From Flaccisagitta enflata (Eukaryota), in contig OZ231126.1 in NCBI GenBank assembly GCA_965153355.1, positions 38,316,001-38,380,000 on the forward strand: a DNA stretch of 64,000 nucleotides, read 5' to 3'. This document shows positions 61,465-64,000 of this stretch, piece by piece. The position numbers and the translations under genes are program-made. Every line of letters starts with the position of its first letter. Within the stretch, counting starts at the first letter, position 1. The notes under the pieces were generated by a model that did not search any database, was not told where the DNA came from, and worked only from the letters and a program-made list of their open reading frames with translations.

Positions 61465-62652
61465 ATGGCGGAGAGTGGTGGTGATGGAGATGGTGGGGGG
61501 GAGATAATGATGACACCAAAAGAAATGATTGAAACTTTAATCAGGGAAATTGATGATTTAGCGGGTGAAGCATACAGCCTGACCGGAAACAATTCCATGT
61601 CGACCACCTACCGTTGTTCAACTTGTACAAAACTGTCACATGAGCACCCCAACGGAAATGTCAAAGGTTGTAATAGGAAAGCCTTAACAACTGATGAGTA
61701 CATTAAGGATCTTAAGCGTCAAAGGGACGGACTGACCGACCATGTCTTACTTTTGAGAGACGGTGCACAGGCATCAGTTGACAAAAAAGAATACAAGCGT
61801 TTGTTACACGTCCAGACGACTGAGATCAATGGGTTGCAAAATCAAGTTTTGGTACTTGAAACAAGGGTAAGGGATGATCAAAATAGTTTCAACGTCAGGG
61901 TGGTGGAATTGCAAGATTCGTTGAGTAGGGTGATTTGTGAGGCTAACACAGAGAGAGCACACAAAGATACCATTAAAGCGAAACTAGAACAAATGAGAGT
62001 TAATTATGCGATGTACGAGCATACTTCAGATCCTGATGATTGGGAAAAAGTCCATAAAGGGTTGGAGGCGGCGTTGAAGGAAGCTGGTGTCATGGGTGTG
62101 ACGGAGGATTTGGGAGCGTTAAGAGGCGTGGTGTTGCGTCATCTAGCCGCCGACGCATCCGGCAGAGGCGTGGTTAACGGCGACGATCTCTCATGGGACT
62201 ACGCCGGCGTGCCTGATCCGACAGCAACGACTTCCGGCGCCCCTGATCCGGCAGCGACGGCTACCGGCGCTTCTCGACCGGCAGCAACGACTTCCGGCGC
62301 TTCTCCTCCGACAGCTTTGGCGCTCGGCGTTCCACTTCCGCCCCCGCCGACGTCTCGCGTCCCACTTCCGGCTGCGGCGTCGACGGACGTTCATCCTCCA
62401 TCCGCGGCTGCAGACGACGCTCTTCCTCCTGATCCGGCGTCGTCGGCGGCACGTGCATCGGCATCTCCATCGTCCAACGGATCTGTGGAAATGGACTCGT
62501 TTAGCGATACATCTACTCTCTGTCCTACACCAGAACCAAGTGCGGCAGTCTCTACTTTCGATATTCCGGATTCACCCCATCCAACGCCATCTCAGTGTCG
62601 TACCCCCACCCCACTTCGTCCCCCATCGCGCCCACTGATTTCCTTGAATTAA
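61465..62652 (+). CDS. Gag-like ORF N-terminal part (Cys/His cluster, coiled coil, Pro/Ala/Ser-rich linker)
   Basis: 395-aa ORF with CSTC..HEH......C, heptad-like region and position downstream of the PBS. Confidence 0.55.
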   Translation: MAESGGDGDGGGEIMMTPKEMIETLIREIDDLAGEAYSLTGNNSMSTTYRCSTCTKLSHEHPNGNVKGCNRKALTTDEYIKDLKRQRDGLTDHVLLLRDGAQASVDKKEYKRLLHVQTTEINGLQNQVLVLETRVRDDQNSFNVRVVELQDSLSRVICEANTERAHKDTIKAKLEQMRVNYAMYEHTSDPDDWEKVHKGLEAALKEAGVMGVTEDLGALRGVVLRHLAADASGRGVVNGDDLSWDYAGVPDPTATTSGAPDPAATATGASRPAATTSGASPPTALALGVPLPPPPTSRVPLPAAASTDVHPPSAAADDALPPDPASSAARASASPSSNGSVEMDSFSDTSTLCPTPEPSAAVSTFDIPDSPHPTPSQCRTPTPLRPPSRPLISLN

Positions 62653-63177
62653 CTCAAACTGCTGCGCGATGTAAATCATAAAAACATCTGATGATTGGCG
62701 GCGAAAAATCGCTTGTGTGACCATCCCAGCAACCATCCATGAAGGTTTCACCTTACCTTATGGCGCCTGTTACTCGCGTCGACTTTGCCACGCATACGAC
62801 TACGCCGGTAAGGGCACGTTCTCCGTCACCCTGCCGAAGAACTTCCTCCTCCGTGTCTCCCGTCTCCACGTCCTTCCCCGCATCCTCACTCATCCTCCTA
62901 CTTCGCATCTTTCCAGCATCCTACTCTCCTACTGCTCCTCATCATGCTCCTCACTCTTCGCCTACTGCTCCTCATCATGCTCCTCTTCCTGCTCCAGCGG
63001 CGCCGATTTTGCCGCCGGTTGCTTCAGCGGCGCCGATTTGCCGCCGGTTGATCCAGCAGCGCCGACCACGACGCACGTCTATTGGCCCCATTCGCTCTCC
63101 ATGGCGCCACCGCCGCACATGCAACTCACGACGATTCTCCACCACCGGAACCGCGTAAGCCACGCCCTCCAGGCCTA

Positions 63178-64000
63178 ATGGAAGTAGAGGGTGTTGAGCT
63201 TATCCATTCGGACGACGGACATGTTTGCGGCGGTCATCCTGAAACTCATTTGATAGCAAAATTACTGAAATTTGTCAAACCCGAGTTTAAGTCCCAGGAA
63301 AAGATTGATGTCTATTTGAAAAAAAGAAGGAATTAATGAATTGCTTCAAGGCTACTTTTCCATCTGAAACCCTTTACACTTTGGTCAACATCTTCACATT
63401 GCAATGTGATTCTGAGCTTTGTTCTTACATTGAAGAATTAACCGCAAAGAAAAGTTATTTCACTTCTTTTGAAATGTTCCTACGTGAGTTTGAGGAGCAA
63501 GTCTACCCAAATTCACGTCAAGCCGCCTACACGCGCTTTATCAACAGATCAACCCCATCTGATGCCAAAATCGCAGTGGCATGGAAGCAATTCAAAGAAG
63601 ATGCCAGGTTGGTTAATTTGGACCCACTTGAGCACAACATGCTTTTCATTAGGGTATTCGCCATCGTGAGAAGAAAAAGGCGCTTGCAAAAATGGTTATC
63701 CACTAAAGACATGGATGAAGTTTTAGAAGAAGCAGTCTCCTTGGAATCTACTAGTGATATGATGAAATTGTGGGACCAAGAAGAAAAGGAAGGGAAAAGT
63801 AAACAAAAATCAAATGCCAGCAACAATGCTAACATCAATGCCATTACTGCATCGGGGAATGGTAAAGCGGGTAAACAGCAACAACAGCAAGGTCAACAGC
63901 AGCAGCAGCAACAACATCAGCAGCAAAATCAGCAAAATCAGCAGCAGCAGGACCAGTTGACTAAATCTCAAAGAAATAATCAAAAGAGGAAGGAGCAACT
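63178..64000 (+). CDS. Capsid-like gag continuation, frameshifted at an A7 run (63319-63325), open to the window end
   Basis: Manual translation from ATG 63336: ...SFEMFLREFEEQVYP...DMDEVLEEAVSLE...Q-rich, with no stop before 64000. Confidence 0.5.

Larger units (their letters stand above)
60503..64000 (+). mobile_element. 5' part of a second LTR retrotransposon (probably Ty3/Gypsy): LTR ~60503-60941, PBS from 60942, gag-like ORFs
   Basis: TGTAGT start after T-rich host DNA, AATAAA at ~60806, ...gttact then TGGCGACAACAGTGG (tRNA-type PBS), then a leader and long ORFs. The partner LTR lies outside the window. Confidence 0.55.

Overview
Repeat-rich animal (invertebrate-like) genomic DNA. A multi-exon gene on the minus strand resembles SPAG17/PF6, an axonemal central-pair protein, with exons traceable from about 43650 down to about 3550. 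One of its introns holds the main object: a 26,670-bp LTR element (8975-35644) with apparently identical 1001-bp TG...CA LTRs, a 5-bp TSD (GATGA) and a PPT, but no RT, RNase H or protease. It is a ~9.5-kb non-autonomous BEL/Pao-type element carrying a ~17-kb block (16139-33240) of mostly inverted pieces of its own family. That block contains a third, diverged LTR, two more Gag-N-terminus-like ORFs fused to the same acidic 18-bp-repeat tail, an isolated BEL/Pao integrase with intact DDE residues, and a near full-length intronless copy of the host La/SSB gene. A read-through transcript would fold into multi-kb hairpins. The site after the LTR is not a tRNA PBS; it is complementary to a sequence inside the LTR, suggesting possible self-priming. 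The rest of the window is MITEs (CACTA, Tc1/mariner-like, MULE-like), DINE-1/Helentron-like short repeats, microsatellites and the 5' end of a second LTR retrotransposon at the right edge. No database searches could be run, so family calls come from motif recognition.
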